A stretch of 64,000 nt of DNA from an uncultured Bifidobacteriaceae bacterium (GTDB lineage Bacteria; Actinomycetota; Thermoleophilia; Miltoncostaeales; Miltoncostaeaceae). The notes under the pieces are model-generated. The model saw only the letters and a list, made by a program, of their open reading frames with translations. It searched no databases and was not told where the DNA came from. The translations under genes were made by a program, and so were the position numbers. Within the stretch, counting starts at the first letter, position 1; every line of letters begins with the position of its first letter. The stretch is from positions 136,141 through 200,140 of the forward strand of contig CAZVNM010000005.1 in the NCBI GenBank assembly GCA_964628685.1, written 5' to 3'. Below are positions 17,653 to 25,905 of this stretch, piece after piece.

Positions 17653-19350
17653 ATGAGGTACCTGAACCGATCGAATCGCCTCGTTCGTCTCGCCGCGCTC
17701 GCATGTGCAGGGGTCGCCGCCTTCGGCATGACCGCCTGCGGCGGCGACGACGAGGGATCCGGCACGGCGTCCACCGAGACGTCCGCGTCGACCCCTGATA
17801 CTTCGGCATCGACACCGGCGCCCCCCGAGGGCGTGGCGCTCGACGAGGCGAAGTACAAGGAGGGATCGGACATCTACTTCAAGCAGTGCGCCGGTTGTCA
17901 CGGCTCACTGCGCGCGGGGGCCACAGGCCCGCCGCTCGAGCCCGCGACCATGCAGACGCGTGGCACCGCGGCGCTCGAGGCCATCGTCACCAACGGCCTT
18001 CCGGGCGGCATGCCGCCGTGGGGCAAGGCCGGGTTCCTGACCAAGGACGAGGTCAGCACCATGGCCCGGTTCCTCCAGATGGAGGTCCCGGAGCCGCCGC
18101 CCCTCACGCTCGAGGAGGCGAAGGAGAGCTGGAAGCTCATCGTCCCGCCCGAGAAGCGGCCGACCAAGCCCGAGACCAAACGCAACTGGCGCGACTACAT
18201 GGGCGTCATCCTGCGTGACGCCGGCAAGGTCGCCATCTTCGACGGCAAGACCAAGGAGCGGGTCGCCCTGCTCAACACCGGCTACGCGGTCCACATCCTG
18301 CGTTCCAGCAAGAGTGGCCGGTACTACTACGCCATCGGCCGTGACGGCAAGGTCACGCTGATCGACCTGTGGACGCCGACCCCGACGGTCGTCGCCGAGG
18401 TCAAGGGCTGCATCGACGCACGCAGCGTCGAGGGCTCCAAGTTCAAGGGCTACGAGGACAAGTACATCATCGAGGGCTGCTACTGGCCCGTGCAGTTCGT
18501 GGTGTACGACGGTCTGACCCTCGAGCCGAAGTCGGTGGTCCCGGTCCCGCAGGAGACCTTCGACACCGGTGAGAAGCTGGCCGAGGTCCGCGTTGCCGCC
18601 ATCGCCGCGTCGCACGACGCGCCGGTGTGGCTGGTGGCCCTCAAGGAGGCCGGGTTCGTCGCGGTCGTCGACTACAGCAAGCCGGACTTCCCGATCGTCA
18701 AGAAGATCGAGGCCCAGCGCTTCCTGCACGACGGTGGTTTCGACCGCACCGGACGCTACTTCGCCATCGCGGCCAACAACAAGAACCAGATGGTCGTGCT
18801 GGACGTCAAGGAGCAGAAGTTCGTCGCCCGCATCGACACCGGCAAGGGGCCGCACCCGGGTCGCGGTGCCAACTGGCAGGACCCAGAGTTCGGTTGGGTC
18901 ATGGCCACCACCCACATGGGTGAGGGCAAGATGACCATCTTCGGTGCCGACCCGGTGGGACGGCCCGACATCGCGTGGAAGGTCGTGCGCGAGGTGAAGC
19001 TGCCGCCCGGCAGCGGCACCCTCTTCCTGAAGACCCACGAGAACTCCCCGTGGGTGTGGACGGACACGACGCTGTCGACCACGCCGAAGTCGGCCCGGAC
19101 CATCTGCGTCTACGACAAGAAGAAGATGAAGCTGCACAAGTGCTGGGAGGCCGCCAAGTGGGGTCGTGGCGTGCACTTCGAGTACAACCAGGCCGGCACC
19201 GAGGTATGGGTGTCCAACTGGGACCGCAAGGGTGAGCTCATCATCTACAACGACAAGACGCTGAAGGTGACGAAGCGCATCACCGGTCCGTGGCTCATCA
19301 CGCCGACCGGCAAGTTCAACGTGTTCAACACCGCGAACGACATCTACTGA
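17653..19350 (+). CDS. nirS: Cytochrome cd1 nitrite reductase with lipoprotein-type signal peptide
   Basis: Heme c CAGCHG. d1 beta-propeller with SGRYYYAIGRDGKVTLIDLW. C-terminal GKFNVFNTANDIY matches the characteristic NirS end. The N-terminus FGMTAC-GGDDEGSGTAS looks like a lipobox plus linker. Confidence 0.85.
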   Translation: MRYLNRSNRLVRLAALACAGVAAFGMTACGGDDEGSGTASTETSASTPDTSASTPAPPEGVALDEAKYKEGSDIYFKQCAGCHGSLRAGATGPPLEPATMQTRGTAALEAIVTNGLPGGMPPWGKAGFLTKDEVSTMARFLQMEVPEPPPLTLEEAKESWKLIVPPEKRPTKPETKRNWRDYMGVILRDAGKVAIFDGKTKERVALLNTGYAVHILRSSKSGRYYYAIGRDGKVTLIDLWTPTPTVVAEVKGCIDARSVEGSKFKGYEDKYIIEGCYWPVQFVVYDGLTLEPKSVVPVPQETFDTGEKLAEVRVAAIAASHDAPVWLVALKEAGFVAVVDYSKPDFPIVKKIEAQRFLHDGGFDRTGRYFAIAANNKNQMVVLDVKEQKFVARIDTGKGPHPGRGANWQDPEFGWVMATTHMGEGKMTIFGADPVGRPDIAWKVVREVKLPPGSGTLFLKTHENSPWVWTDTTLSTTPKSARTICVYDKKKMKLHKCWEAAKWGRGVHFEYNQAGTEVWVSNWDRKGELIIYNDKTLKVTKRITGPWLITPTGKFNVFNTANDIY

Positions 19351-19361
19351 TCCATCGACCC

Positions 19362-19429
19362 GTCGTGGGCGGCGGCCTCGGCTCGCCGCCCACGACACCC
19401 CGAACGTCCCGGCACATGCCGGGACGTTC
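19362..19429 (+). terminator. Two consecutive GC-rich hairpins after nirS
   Basis: GTCGTGGGCGGCG-loop-CGCCGCCCACGAC (19362-19396) and GAACGTCCCGGC-acat-GCCGGGACGTTC (19402-19429). Confidence 0.55.
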
Positions 19430-19472
19430 GTACGGTTCCACCGCCGAAATGGGCGGATAGGATTCCGCCCCA

Positions 19473-20033
19473 ATGGGGCCGACGACCGCCAGCGCGCTGC
19501 GCCGCGCGAGCTTCACGACGCTGACGCTGGCGATCACAGGGGCCGCCCATGCGGCCACCGGGGGCGACGTGCACCTGACGGCGCTCGCGCCGTTCATCTG
19601 GCTCAACGTCTTCGCCGCGTGCTTCCTCGTCGGGCGCGTCACGGGCCCGGGTGAATACCGCACGTGGGGCCCGGTCCGCACGCTCGGCGGTCTGGTGGGC
19701 GGCCAGTTCCTGGCCCACCTCGCCCTGGGCGCCGCGCCCTGGCTCCTGGGGCTCTCGCAGCATCACCATGCGGCCGGGATGACCGGCCACGCGATGGCGG
19801 TGCACACCGCCGCCGCCGGGCTCATCGCGGTGATCCTGTGGTTCGGGGATCGCGCACTCGCCCGCACGGTGCGGATCATCGGGATGGTCATCGGTGCCGG
19901 CCGCACGCGTCCGCGCCCGCCGCGGGCGACGCGCACGCTGCTGGCGGCCCGGCGGACCATGGTGCCCGCGCGGCGGTTCGACCGCACCGCGCCGGCACGC
20001 GGGCCACCGGCGCCCGCCGCGGCCGCCGCCTAA
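19473..20033 (+). CDS. Hypothetical membrane protein with His/Met-rich loop
   Basis: Several hydrophobic segments. Loop SQHHHAAGMTGHAMAVH suggests metal binding. Sits directly upstream of the MbnP/MbnH pair. The coding call rests on position and hydrophobicity only. Confidence 0.45.
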   Translation: MGPTTASALRRASFTTLTLAITGAAHAATGGDVHLTALAPFIWLNVFAACFLVGRVTGPGEYRTWGPVRTLGGLVGGQFLAHLALGAAPWLLGLSQHHHAAGMTGHAMAVHTAAAGLIAVILWFGDRALARTVRIIGMVIGAGRTRPRPPRATRTLLAARRTMVPARRFDRTAPARGPPAPAAAAA

Positions 20034-20150
20034 CCGCCGTTTCCTTCGGTGGTCGGGTGTGCGGTCACACGCACATTCCCGACCATTCCGCGCCGCCACA
20101 CCCCGCACACGGGCGGGGGTGACGCGCGCATCCTCCGAAAGGAACCCGGC

Positions 20151-21059
20151 ATGAAGAAGGCCCACCTCGGACTGGCGGCCGTCGCGGTCGCCGCCACCAT
20201 CGCACCCATGGCGTCGGCGGCCACCGCCCCCGCGCGCCAGAGCGTCGACATCGACTTCACCGCCGTCAACGGCACCCAGCGGGTGGCGTGCGGCGTCCCG
20301 CTCACGAACCTCGGGACCACCGGCGCGACCGCCCAGGTCCAGGACCTGCGCTTCTACGTCTCGAACGTCCGCATGATGCGGGCCAACGGCACGTCGGTGC
20401 CGGTCAGGCTCCGCGCCAACGACGGCTTCAACCTGACGCGCAACGGTCAGTCGATCACGCTGATCGACCTGGAGAACGGCACCGGCCTCTGCGCCGACGA
20501 GGGTGACCGTCGCATGAACAGCCGTGTGCGCGGGACCGTCCCGGCGGGCAGGTACACCGGCGTCACCATGACGGTCGGCGTGCCGCTCGCCCTCAACCAC
20601 ACCGACCCCACCACCACCGCGGCCCCGCTCAACCTCATCAGCATGAACTGGAGTTGGCAGTCGGGTCGCAAGTACACGAAGATCGAGCTCGGCAGGCCGC
20701 AGGCTCCCGGCGCCGCCGCCCCCGGCAAGGACTTCATGTTCCACGTGGGCAGCACCGGCTGTGTCGGCAACCCCATGGCGGGCGAGCGGGTCTCGTGCAA
20801 CGCGCCCAACCGCATGAAGGTCACGTTCAAGCGCTTCGACCCCGCCAGGCAGCGGATCGCCTTCGACATCCGCGCCATGACCGCCGGGCTCGACGTCACC
20901 GTCGACCAGGGTGGCGCGGCCGGCTGCATGGCCGGCCCGAAGGATCCGGAGTGCGTCGTCATGCGTCGCGGGGCGATCGACTGGAGGGCCGACGGCACCG
21001 GCACCGGCCGGATCCTCGGCGACGGCACCCTGCAGCGCCTCTTCCGGCTCGTGCGATAG
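20151..21059 (+). CDS. mbnP: MbnP-like copper-binding protein ('metallo-mystery pair' Cys-motif family)
   Basis: Signal peptide MKKAHLGLAAVAVAATIAPMASA. Family-typical DLRFYVSNV, LIDLENGTGLC, GVPLALNHTD, MNWSWQSGRKYTKIE, FHVGSTGC. SD GAAAGGAA lies before the ATG at 20151. Partnered with a diheme peroxidase. Confidence 0.7.
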   Translation: MKKAHLGLAAVAVAATIAPMASAATAPARQSVDIDFTAVNGTQRVACGVPLTNLGTTGATAQVQDLRFYVSNVRMMRANGTSVPVRLRANDGFNLTRNGQSITLIDLENGTGLCADEGDRRMNSRVRGTVPAGRYTGVTMTVGVPLALNHTDPTTTAAPLNLISMNWSWQSGRKYTKIELGRPQAPGAAAPGKDFMFHVGSTGCVGNPMAGERVSCNAPNRMKVTFKRFDPARQRIAFDIRAMTAGLDVTVDQGGAAGCMAGPKDPECVVMRRGAIDWRADGTGTGRILGDGTLQRLFRLVR

Positions 21060-21062
21060 GGG

Positions 21063-22268
21063 ATGCAAATGCGCCAACGCATCATCGGCGCGGTCCGGCG
21101 GGCGGCCACCCTCGTGGTGGCCGCCGGCTTCACCGTCACACTGCTGCACACCCTTGGGATCACGACGCAGGTCGCGCAGGGCCGGTCCAAACCACCGCCG
21201 CCTCCGGCCTACCGGTGGCAGCTCCCGGCAGGCATGCCGAAGCCGGTCGTCCCGACGACCAACCCGATGACGACCGCCAGGGTCGCGCTCGGGCGCTCGC
21301 TCTTCTACGAGCCGCGTCTGTCGGGCAACGGGACCACCTCCTGCGGCAGCTGCCACATGCAGTCCAAGGCCTTCACCGACGGGCGCGCCCAGGCGGTCGG
21401 CTCGACCGGTGAGGTCCATCCGCGCGGCGCCCAGTCGCTCACCAACATCGCCTACATGCCGGTGCTCACCTGGGGCAACCCGTCCCTTCGCAGTCTCGAG
21501 CGCCAGGCGCTCGTGCCCCTGTTCGGGACGAACCCCGTCGAGATGGGCGTCACCGACCGAAATTCGGCGCAGGTGCTCGCCCGCATCCGAAAGGACCCGC
21601 GGTACCGGGCGCTCTTCGCCCGCGCGTACCCCAGGCAACGAAACCCGGTCAACTGGGGCAACATCGTGCGGTCGCTGAGCGCGTTCCAGCGCTCGCTGAT
21701 CGGCGCCGACAGCCGCTACGACCGCTACCTGCGGGGCAGGGTCCGGCTGACGGCGTCCGAGACCCGCGGAATGCAGCTCTTCTTCGGTGAGCGCGCCGAA
21801 TGCCACCACTGCCATGCGGGACTCAACTTCGCCGACAACCAGGCGTACGTCGGCGGGCCGCGCGAACCGCTCAAGTTCCACAACACCGGCCTCTACAACG
21901 TGGGTGGCACGGGTGCGTTCCCCGAGCCCAACACCGGGGTCTTCGAGATCACCGGACGCGCCAGGGACATGGGTCGGTTCCGCGCGCCGACGCTTCGCAA
22001 CATCGCCGTGACGGCGCCCTACATGCACGACGGATCGCTCGCCACGCTTCGCGACGTCGTCGAGTTCTACGCGGCCGGCGGTCGCAACGTCACCGAGGGA
22101 CCCAACGCCGGTGACGGTCGCGCCAACCCGTTCAAGAGCAGCCTGACGGTCGGCATCGACCTGACCGAGCAGGAGAAGGCGGACATGGTCGCCTTCCTGC
22201 ACACGCTCACCGACCGAACGTTCGTCACCAACCCCAGGTTCAGCGACCCGTTCCGGCGGATCAAATGA
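21063..22268 (+). CDS. mbnH: MbnH-like diheme cytochrome c peroxidase (CCP/MauG family)
   Basis: Two CXXCH motifs (CGSCHMQ and CHHCHAG). FRAPTLRNIAVTAPYMHDGS motif. Confidence 0.8.
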   Translation: MQMRQRIIGAVRRAATLVVAAGFTVTLLHTLGITTQVAQGRSKPPPPPAYRWQLPAGMPKPVVPTTNPMTTARVALGRSLFYEPRLSGNGTTSCGSCHMQSKAFTDGRAQAVGSTGEVHPRGAQSLTNIAYMPVLTWGNPSLRSLERQALVPLFGTNPVEMGVTDRNSAQVLARIRKDPRYRALFARAYPRQRNPVNWGNIVRSLSAFQRSLIGADSRYDRYLRGRVRLTASETRGMQLFFGERAECHHCHAGLNFADNQAYVGGPREPLKFHNTGLYNVGGTGAFPEPNTGVFEITGRARDMGRFRAPTLRNIAVTAPYMHDGSLATLRDVVEFYAAGGRNVTEGPNAGDGRANPFKSSLTVGIDLTEQEKADMVAFLHTLTDRTFVTNPRFSDPFRRIK

Positions 22269-22294
22269 CCGGCCGCACAGACAGGAGGCATGCC

Positions 22295-22672
22295 GTGCCG
22301 TTCCAACCGTCGCTTCGCACCCTCGTCCGCACCATCGTGGCGCTCATCGTCGCCGCGGCGATCGCCGGTCCGGCGAGCGCACATCAGGCGGTGAGCCGCA
22401 CGGTCCCGCGGACGGGCGCGGTGGTGAAGCACCTGCCGCGGACCGTCTCGGTCACCTTCCGGGCACCGGTCATCCGGGTGGTCTCGATCCGCGTGCTCGA
22501 CCGCAACGGGGTCAACCACGCGGGAAAGCCCCGGCGAAACCCGTCCAACGCGATGCAGGCGATGGTTCCGACGTCGGGTGACCGGTTGGGCCGCTACACC
22601 GTCGTGTGGCGCATCGTCGGCGTCGACGGCCACACCGAGCAGGGCACCTTCCGCTTCACGGTGCGGCGATGA
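22295..22672 (+). CDS. copC: CopC-domain copper-binding protein
   Basis: GRYTVVWRIVGVDGHTEQGTFRFTV signature. Signal peptide ending ASAHQ. GTG at 22295 follows GGAGG by 6 nt. The track start at 22265 would overlap the mbnH stop (ATGA). Confidence 0.8.
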   Translation: MPFQPSLRTLVRTIVALIVAAAIAGPASAHQAVSRTVPRTGAVVKHLPRTVSVTFRAPVIRVVSIRVLDRNGVNHAGKPRRNPSNAMQAMVPTSGDRLGRYTVVWRIVGVDGHTEQGTFRFTVRR

Positions 22673-23397
22673 GGGGCGGATACCGCGCCATCACGGGCGC
22701 CGCGGTCGTCGCACTCGCTACGGCGGCCGCTCCGGCCGGCGCCCACGTCGACGTGCTGCCGGCGACGGTGCCGCAGGGGACGGGCATGGAGTTCACGATG
22801 CGCGTCCCCAACGAGCGGGACATCCCGACGACCGAGGTGCGGGCACGGTTCCCCAAACAGGTGACCGTGTACGCGTTCGCGCCGCCGCCGCCGGGGTTCA
22901 CCATGCGGCCCACACGATCGCCCGACGGGCTCATCACGGGCGTCGTCTACCGCGGCCGCATCCCGGTCGGCGGCTACCAGGACTTCACCTTCCTGGGAAC
23001 ACCCTTCGAGACCGGGCGGACCGTCTGGCCGACCAACCAGGTCTACGCGGACGGCGTCGTCAAGCGCTGGATCGGTCCGCCGGACGAGCCGGGCGAGTCG
23101 TCGCCGGAGACCGGTCCCAACGCACCCGGACCGGCTGCGGGGGTGGACGTGGTCGTCGCCGCACCGGAGACACCGTCGGCGTCTCCGGCCGGTGACGGGG
23201 CGGACGCCGGATCGAGCGGTGCGGGCACCTGGATGGGGCTCGCGGGCCTCGTCGCCGGTGTCGGTGCCCTCGGCTGGACCGCGGTCGGACGACGACGCGA
23301 GCGGGTGCCGGCGCCGGCCGGTGGCGAGGACTCGTCCGATGCGGTGGCGGAGCCGCCGCCCGCCGCGTCCCCCGAGGCCGACGCAGACGGTGGCTGA
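22669..23397 (+). CDS. ycnI: YcnI/DUF1775-family copper-binding protein with C-terminal TM anchor
   Basis: Signal peptide then mature N-terminus HVDVLP, FTMRVPNE motif, C-terminal WMGLAGLVAGVGALGWTAV anchor. ATG at 22669 overlaps the copC stop (ATGA). Confidence 0.75.
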   Translation: MRGGYRAITGAAVVALATAAAPAGAHVDVLPATVPQGTGMEFTMRVPNERDIPTTEVRARFPKQVTVYAFAPPPPGFTMRPTRSPDGLITGVVYRGRIPVGGYQDFTFLGTPFETGRTVWPTNQVYADGVVKRWIGPPDEPGESSPETGPNAPGPAAGVDVVVAAPETPSASPAGDGADAGSSGAGTWMGLAGLVAGVGALGWTAVGRRRERVPAPAGGEDSSDAVAEPPPAASPEADADGG

Positions 23398-23402
23398 AAC
23401 GA

Positions 23403-23428
23403 AAAAGCCCCGCGTGAGCGGGGCTTTT
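23403..23428. terminator. Bidirectional intrinsic terminator
   Basis: AAAAGCCCCGC-gtga-GCGGGGCTTTT, 6 nt after the ycnI stop and 8 nt from the tRNA 3' end. Confidence 0.85.
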
Positions 23429-23435
23429 CGTCAGG

Positions 23436-23507
23436 CTCCTCGGGTAGGACTCGAACCTACAACCCTCCGGTTAACAGCCGGATGCTCTACCATTGAGCTA
23501 CCGAGGA
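23436..23507 (-). tRNA. tRNA-Asn (anticodon GTT), no encoded CCA
   Basis: Hand-folded cloverleaf on the minus strand: acceptor TCCTCGG/CCGAGGA, D arm GCTCAATGGTAGAGC, anticodon arm TCCGG-CTGTTAA-CCGGA, T arm GTAGG-TTCGAGT-CCTAC. Confidence 0.9.
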
Positions 23508-23549
23508 TCGGTGCGTCCCAGCAGTGTATCGGACCGCGCGCGGAGGGAC

Positions 23550-24215
23550 TCAACCCCGAGGCGGACGCAGCGTGTGCAGGTTGATCCGCGACCCGGTCTC
23601 GTCCCGCCGCCCGCTGAACGCGATCACCTCGGTCACGAGATCCCAACCCGCGCCGACGAGCGCTTCCAGGAACGGGATGGCGTCCGGACGCCTGGGGTCG
23701 GCGATCATCACCGTGCCCTGCGGCGCGGTGATGCGACCCACGAGCGCCACGAGCGGCTCGGCGTTGCGCGGCTCGTAGAGCACGTCCGCGGCGATGACGA
23801 CGTCGAAGGGGGCGGTGTCCACGAGATCCGGCGGCGGGTCGCGCCAGTCGACCAGGGCGGTTGCGAGCGGCACGCCGGCGGCGCGCGCGTTGTGTGCGGC
23901 GAAGCGCAGCGCCGGCTCGTACCAGTCGGTGGCCAGCACCTGGGCGCCGCGCAGCGCCGCCACCACCGAGGGCAGCCCGACGCCCGCCCCCAGCTCGACC
24001 ACGCGCATGCCCGCCAGGTCCATGGTGGCGAGCTTGTCGGCCAGCACGCGACCGCTGGGCCAGAGCTCCGCCCAATAGGGCAGGCGCTCGTCGACCTCGA
24101 ACTCCGCCTCGTCGATCAGGTCCTCCGCGCAGGTGGGGAGGGTGATGTCGAGGGCGATGGCGCCGGCCTGCACCCGTTCGCAGGCGGTCGGGATATCGTG
24201 GGGCAGATCGCTCAC
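23550..24215 (-). CDS. Class I SAM-dependent methyltransferase (Methyltransf_16 / protein-lysine MTase-like)
   Basis: SAM motif VVELGAGVGLPSVVAA and post-motif DVVIAADVLYE. Confidence 0.75.
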   Translation of the reverse strand: MSDLPHDIPTACERVQAGAIALDITLPTCAEDLIDEAEFEVDERLPYWAELWPSGRVLADKLATMDLAGMRVVELGAGVGLPSVVAALRGAQVLATDWYEPALRFAAHNARAAGVPLATALVDWRDPPPDLVDTAPFDVVIAADVLYEPRNAEPLVALVGRITAPQGTVMIADPRRPDAIPFLEALVGAGWDLVTEVIAFSGRRDETGSRINLHTLRPPRG

Positions 24216-24388
24216 CGGGGCACCCTACCGGTGAGGACCGCAGGCCCGGCCACGCGCGATCGGAGACGAGCGCACGTGACTGACCGGGGACCGCGACGGA
24301 CGGGACGAGCTGACATGCCCCGTGGACCCCGGACCGCGATCAAGGATAGAGACTGGATACTATCGATACAGGTCGGTATCCTTGATGC

Positions 24389-24991
24389 ATGATCGTCGTG
24401 ACAGCGGATCAGCGCGGCAGTCGGACGCGGGGTGACCGGGTGCCCGACGCGCTGGACGCCGTCAACGCCCTCGACGGGGACACCCTGGTGCGCGGGTTCG
24501 AACGCACCGCGGGCGACGAGATCCAGGGGATCGTCACCGACGGCACCGCCGCCGTCGAGGTGGTCGTGCGGTTGGCGCGCCTGGGGGACTGGGCGGTGGG
24601 CGTCGGCATCGGGGGGATCGACACGCCGATCCCCCGTTCCACGCGCGCCGCGAGCGGTCCCGCGTACATTGCCGCACGCGATGCTGTCGAACGTGCCCGC
24701 AGACGCCGACCGGCGATCGCCGTCACCGGCGCGGCGGTGGGGGAGGCGGTGGACCGGGCCGAGGCGGCGCTTCTGATGCTCGTGGCGCTCCTCGAACGGC
24801 GCACCCCCGAGGGCTGGGAGGCGGTCGACCTCGCTCGGCGCGGCATGAACGGGGTCGCGATCGCCCAGACGCTCGGGATCACCCAGCAGGCCGTGAGCGA
24901 CCGGCTGCGCACCGCCCACCTGGACGTCACCGAGCGCGGCGGCGCGTTGGCCGCCGCGCTTCTGGACGATGTCGACCGGGAGACCGCATGA
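24389..24991 (+). CDS. SatD-like protein with C-terminal HTH (assignment tentative)
   Basis: MIVVTADQRGSR...GDEIQG N-terminal pattern and C-terminal MNGVAIAQTLGITQQAVSDRL HTH. 4-nt overlap with a small membrane protein, as in SatD/DUF3307 pairs. Confidence 0.45.
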   Translation: MIVVTADQRGSRTRGDRVPDALDAVNALDGDTLVRGFERTAGDEIQGIVTDGTAAVEVVVRLARLGDWAVGVGIGGIDTPIPRSTRAASGPAYIAARDAVERARRRRPAIAVTGAAVGEAVDRAEAALLMLVALLERRTPEGWEAVDLARRGMNGVAIAQTLGITQQAVSDRLRTAHLDVTERGGALAAALLDDVDRETA

Positions 24992-25371
24992 CCACGCTGT
25001 GGCGGGCGCTGATCATCGCCGGCTGCGGGATCGTCGGCACGCTGTCGGGCGGGCCGGCCGTCAAACGGGCGCTCGCCGGGATCGACCGGCGCGAGAACAG
25101 CGACGCCCTGGTCCGCGCCGGACAGCGTCTTCGCGGTGGCATGTGGATCGGCATCCTGGAGCGCATCGCCGTGTTTGCGACGATCGTCGCGGGCTTCCCG
25201 CACGGCCTGGCCGTGGTCGCGGCGATCAAGGGGGTCGGCCGCTACCCGGAACTGCGCTCCGTCACCGATCCCGCGGTCGCCGAGCGGTTCATCATCGGCA
25301 CGTTCATCAGCGTGCTGTGGGCGTCGGGATTCGCGGGGCTCGCGATCTGGCTGGGCGGGCTCGTCGACTGA
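24988..25371 (+). CDS. Small integral membrane protein (DUF3307-like, tentative)
   Basis: 127 aa with 3-4 hydrophobic helices, translationally coupled to the upstream gene. Confidence 0.45.
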   Translation: MTTLWRALIIAGCGIVGTLSGGPAVKRALAGIDRRENSDALVRAGQRLRGGMWIGILERIAVFATIVAGFPHGLAVVAAIKGVGRYPELRSVTDPAVAERFIIGTFISVLWASGFAGLAIWLGGLVD

Positions 25372-25464
25372 CATCGGCGCGCCGCGTCGCGGCATCGTCC
25401 CCTCGCTCGGCTCCCGCGCCGATTCCCGCTATCCTGTCCGCTTCCCGAGTCGACGAGGAGACCG

Positions 25465-25866
25465 ATGAGCGAGGACACGACCAACCAGGACACCGTCGAG
25501 GAGACCGCAGCGGTCGCCGACGAGCCGCACGAGCCCGCCGACCACGTCGAGGAGACCGCCGGCGTCGCCGTCGAGGACGGCGATCCGATGGTCGAGGACA
25601 CCGCCGTGCCGGTCGCCTTCGAGGAGGCCCCGCCGGAGGAGGTCCTCGAGGCGTTCGGTCCGGTCCGGGTCGCCCGCGTGTTCGTCTGCGAGCGCGGCCA
25701 CCGCACCACCACCCTGTGGGGGCAGCCCGAGGTGTGCCAGGCGCGCCCGGTCCGCAGCGCCCCGGTGTGCGGCAAGCCGCTCTACCACATCGCCGAGCTT
25801 CCCGAGACGGTGCAGAAGAAGCTCAACCCGCTCAAGGCGTCCAAGAAGGCGTCCAAGAAGAAGTAG
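25465..25866 (+). CDS. Hypothetical protein: acidic N-terminus, Cys-containing middle, Lys-rich tail
   Basis: GAGGAG SD 6 nt before the ATG. CERGH...C...C..C pattern suggests a zinc ribbon. Tail KASKKASKKK. Confidence 0.5.
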   Translation: MSEDTTNQDTVEETAAVADEPHEPADHVEETAGVAVEDGDPMVEDTAVPVAFEEAPPEEVLEAFGPVRVARVFVCERGHRTTTLWGQPEVCQARPVRSAPVCGKPLYHIAELPETVQKKLNPLKASKKASKKK

Positions 25867-25905
25867 CGGGTCCCCGCGGTTCGTCGGGGAGGCGCGCGCG
25901 GCCGA

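Noticed and set aside
19344-22202. 952-aa minus-strand ORF, the longest in the track
   Set aside because: It is antisense to the membrane protein, mbnP-like and mbnH-like genes, which have signal peptides, CXXCH motifs and SD sequences. No domain is recognisable in the long ORF.
19350-23400. Heme d1 biosynthesis or nor genes downstream of nirS
   Set aside because: The downstream genes are clearly copper-related (MbnP, MbnH, CopC, YcnI). No radical SAM NirJ, SUMT NirE or NirF/NirN propeller is present in the window.
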